Positions 60,262 to 64,000 of a stretch of 64,000 bases of DNA are shown here, piece after piece. A program made the translations under genes and the position numbers. The notes under the pieces were generated by a model. It saw only the letters and a list, made by a program, of their open reading frames with translations, did not search any database and was not told the origin of the DNA. The stretch covers positions 1,612,001 through 1,676,000 of the forward strand of contig OZ374565.1 of assembly GCA_977862235.1 (NCBI GenBank), given 5' to 3'. Origin of the DNA: Dudresnaya verticillata (taxonomy: Eukaryota). Position 1 is the stretch's first letter. Each line of letters starts with the position of its first letter.

Positions 60262-62616
60262 CTATGCCAAGCTCCGCGTTCAACAAGCTGCTCGGCTGCT
60301 TTGCACGAAGCATGCAGACAGAGACTGTAAAGGTGACCATATTGAAATCTGCGCACCAAACAGTGCATGCGAAGCCTCGTCTTGCCGCTCAAAGTGAACT
60401 TATCTACACTTCCACACCTACAGCTCCCATGACGGGTCAGCCTGGCTATTGGTGTTGCGCGGCAGAGAGCATGGTTCCGTAAGGTGCCACGACAGGAGAG
60501 CACTGATGATTCCACTTCTAGCGAGGGTGAGCTGATGAACAGAATCTGCGATCCAGGCCGGTTTCGCTCCTTTCGATTCGCCTTCTTTCTTGTCAACTCA
60601 TTCCATGCGATGCATTCCTCCCGCCTTGTTACTCGCATCTCCGTTGCCACTCCCGTGCTGAAGAATTAGCATTGCGCAGCGCGCACACAAAGCCGAAAGC
60701 GTGACGAACAAGCACAGAGAGGCAAAGAGGCATCCCTCAACGCACAAAAGGGGTGCTGCAATTGCCGGTTGTCGTGATCGCTTCTGACAACGCTACCATC
60801 CCAGCCGTGGCGCGCAGACACATAGATACCATTGCGAAGGAACATGTGCACGCGGCCCCCGCCGGACGCGCACGCTGCGCATGTGTGCGTGCGCTGCGCA
60901 GCACGCGCGCATAAGGCGCGCTGGTTGAGCTCGCAGAGGGATCACAAGCGGTGTCCTGGCGGGAGCGACAGGGTATATGCGCGTACTCATGCGTAGCAGC
61001 GCATCACGTTTTAGTGCCGTCGCTTTTGTCCGGGGCCGGGGCGGTGGTCAGCGCTCGCCAAGTGCAGCGCTGGCTCAGGCAGTGCATCGCGGCACTTTCA
61101 TCCTTCCGCGCGAGGATCGAGGCGAGCGGCTCATGGCGGACGCGCCACCGGATTGCGCATGGGCGGACCGCGCCTGCCTGCAATGGCGGGCGGGGCGCTT
61201 CAGGGGGTAAGTCGTGGGCGCCCGGAAGGGGAGAAGATCCTCGGAGTTGGCGACGTCCTCGTTGCGGCGTCGGGTTCGTGCCATGGTGGGATTCAGTTGT
61301 TGAGGAACGGTCAGAGTTGTACGGCGCGTCCGACGGAGAGGCGCTCTCCGTTCAATTACAGTGTAAGAATGGTCCGTGATGATCTCGAAGACAATATGCC
61401 ACACTAATTCAAGCCCTTTTGAGTATATTGACCCCAATGTAAGATACTGTAATGATTACGGATCCAATGAGTACTTAACGATCGTCCGCCCGGTGTGTGG
61501 CAGTATGGACGCTGTCAGCAGATTGGCTTACAGAAGCGCACTTCTTTTCGCGGGACAGACTGTCCCTTGATCAGGACAGCTGTCCTTTCATCGCTGTACA
61601 CGTGGATGACACGTGGGATACACGTGTGTACACGTGTGTACACGTGGGCTTACCGCTATACGCGTGGCATACACGTGGCCTTGTAATGACGCCAGTTGGA
61701 CACCTCGTATTGGCTGATTTATGACGCGCCGCTGCGCTCCTACTCACGGACGAAGAGCACCTCTGCGGTCAGGGTATCGACAGTGCAGCCGGGACCTCGG
61801 CTTGCACACCGGCGCATCCGCCACCAAGTCCCCTAACTGGAATGCATTCCCACTTTTGACTTGTACTGACTGTATTAACCTTTGTATCTATAATCGTAGA
61901 CTAACTTAGACCCCCTTTTTGGGCTGATAGAGTTTTCGGCTGTCAAGCCCTACTTATGGGCGCCGGAATAGCCGGTGCCCTCAGAATAAACACTCAGCGG
62001 AGTTGTTCGGGAAGTTTCCACCTTTTGGTCGCTCGGACGCTCCGCGCCTGCAGGGGTCGCCCAGTACAGGCCCGGACATCGTACGATAAGTACTCTACGA
62101 AACACCGGGTCGCAACCTCTATACTTTCCTTCAGTCGGTCGCGCCGAGTCTTTACCGTGCTTCCGCAACCCCCCCTTTCGGGTCACCAGGGCCCGCCTTT
62201 TCCAAGCCTCTACCAATCCTCCCTCGAGCTACCACCAATTAGCATGTGACATCGGACAGCTGTCTTTTCTTGTTCTTTGCTGTTTCTGGCCGCTGCCATA
62301 CTGTTACACGGTGTCCGCCCCCCTCTAGACGCGACCATCGATCATTACCCATTCCACTAAAGGACCCACACCATCCCATATGGTAGCATCAAACTGAGGC
62401 AAGACTCTCCTGTCTCTCAGCTGCGCTGTTCAAAGCTTTCTAGAGTGTACGGATCAACCCTGCTAGAAGACTTTCGCAAGGAGCCCGTCGACCCGTCCGA
62501 TATTCTCGGTTTCGTGCACCTGTTGACATCGTCCAACGCGCGATAATTCCCCGACAAGATCCATAATCGTCAGCACTCGTTTCCGAAACTTCAAGTGCTA
62601 ACACCAACCCATCAAC

Positions 62617-63884
62617 ATGACTGATCCCACTCCGCTCCCGCTGAGCAATGCATCTACCCCTTCAGTCGCTGAATCTTTCAACTCAGAGGCTGAACTCATT
62701 TGGCAGCTATTGGACCGTGAAAGTGTCCTCCCGGACTTAGTCTCGTACTGGAAAGGTAATAACGCGGTTTCTCTCCGCGAACAGATAATTCCGCCGCATG
62801 ATCCTTCCTCCGGTCCGATGCCTTTTGGATTTGCTTACTTCATTCTCAAGGACCTATACACGCCTCATGCCTCCCGAACGTAGAGCAAGCCGTGTATCGA
62901 AGTGCATATCGAAGGGTTCCCTCAAAGACTACCACCAGACTTCGGAATCGATTCTTCACCCGTTCCGGATTTTCTACTGCAATCGGCAACGTACCGGTAC
63001 TCTTCGCAAGAAAACATTACAATGTATTCATGATGAATGGATATGACCTGTACCGAGACTCTGACGATAAACCTATACATGGCTGTAGTATAGCTGTCAG
63101 CACACTATCAGCATCGGCTGTAAGGTATGCTGGCAGCGCCGCACTGCAATGGTGCACACGATGACGCCCGCTGGCAAGTCGTGGTTGGGCAGCGTGCCCT
63201 TAGTTTTTTCGTTGAATTAGTAGCGGTCGACCGCATTGCTGCCGGCAGCGGCCGCGGGCCGTGCCGCACACGGCTCGCCCCTGTGACGCTCTCCGGCATC
63301 GAGCCGTTGAGAGGGCCGCTGCCCGTTACGCCCCGCGCGCGCCCACGGGTAACCGTTACCCGGACGTGTCGACACGTGTATGGGCGCGCGCTCGCACACC
63401 TCCCGCGTTGGTGTTGTGGGGCGCACCTACTGTAGAAGTAGTCGTAGTGCACATAGTGTAGGGTATTTAAGACCGTCGGCCATCGACGGCTCAGTAAACC
63501 GGGCAAGCAACAGCTCGCGCTGAAGCTTGCCCCCAGCCTTTTCGGGTTCGATCCCTTTTCCTTACGCCAGCGGGCGGTTTCCCTTTTCCCCTTGCCTCGC
63601 TAGGCTTCCCCCTTTCCTTTTCCTTTCCGTCGGCTTCGTGCCGCCCTTCAACAGGGACGCTGGGATCCGGCCGCTGCCTACCAGCGTACGGTACGCCCCG
63701 TTCGCGCTCCGGCATCGACGCCGTCGATCCGCACCTGCGGGGCGCACGCGGCCGACACCGCTCTACCAACCCCAACAGCTAACCATCGGCGGTTCTGTGT
63801 GGCGGCTTCGGACCAGCATGTATCAGACGTCGGATCGACCCGACGTCTATACTACAATGGCGACGAAGACATTGTCGATTGTGA
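62617..63884 (+). pseudogene. Decayed ORF interrupted by two LTR insertions
   Basis: The frame YDLYRDSDDKPIHG continues as DEDIVDCD after removal of 63084-63856 and one TSD copy. It is then cut by the LTR at 63885. Confidence 0.4.
63084..63856. mobile_element. Solo LTR (773 bp)
   Basis: Perfect 10-bp terminal inverted repeat TGTAGTATAG / CTATACTACA with 5-bp TSD ATGGC (63079-63083, 63857-63861). Confidence 0.88.
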
Positions 63885-64000
63885 TATAGTGAAAACCCGC
63901 GAACTCCGCAACGGACAGCTGGCCTGACTTTCCTGTGTTGTAAACGCGTTTGATGACAAACTGCACCTCCGGACCGTTCGTAGTCCGGTAGGTAGCCGCT
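63885..64000 (-). mobile_element. 3' end of an LTR related to the 8888-18051 Gypsy family, reverse orientation, runs off window
   Basis: TATAGTGAAAACCCGCGAACTCCGCAACGGACAGCTGGCCTGACTTTCCT closely matches the reverse complement of the Gypsy LTR end. Confidence 0.8.

Noticed and set aside
61000..62251. Possible LTR ending in GTGACA
   Set aside because: I could not fix a TG start with a matching TSD, so it is left unannotated.

Overview
Eukaryotic, intron-poor, transposon-dense DNA. A red alga is my best guess from gene style and element types; this is inference only. The first 27 kb is a set of nested insertions. A DIRS-type tyrosine-recombinase retroelement (minus strand) is split inside its RT by a 23.8-kb DNA transposon (1308-25081) with ~0.9-1.1 kb TIRs and a palindromic ACGT target. 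This transposon encodes a decayed Sola-like/DUF7869-type DDD transposase and, divergently, a ParB-like/HTH + beta-class amino-DNA-methyltransferase (DPPY) fusion broken by a single stop. The two proteins share a homologous ~95-aa domain. The transposon was later hit by a solo LTR and by a full-length chromodomain Ty3/Gypsy element (8888-18051), which is saturated with a CCG-N3-CGG motif. Further right lie an intact 706-aa HET-like gene and a 7-kb KDZ (Kyakuja/Dileera/Zisupton) transposon with an 8-bp TSD and a PHD-finger second ORF, nested in a solo LTR. After these come three paralogous secreted cationic Cys-rich two-domain genes, a pogo-derived deletion element, a MYND-finger pseudogene, another HET-like degenerate gene and more LTR remnants. 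All domain calls are from motif recognition by eye; no searches were run.
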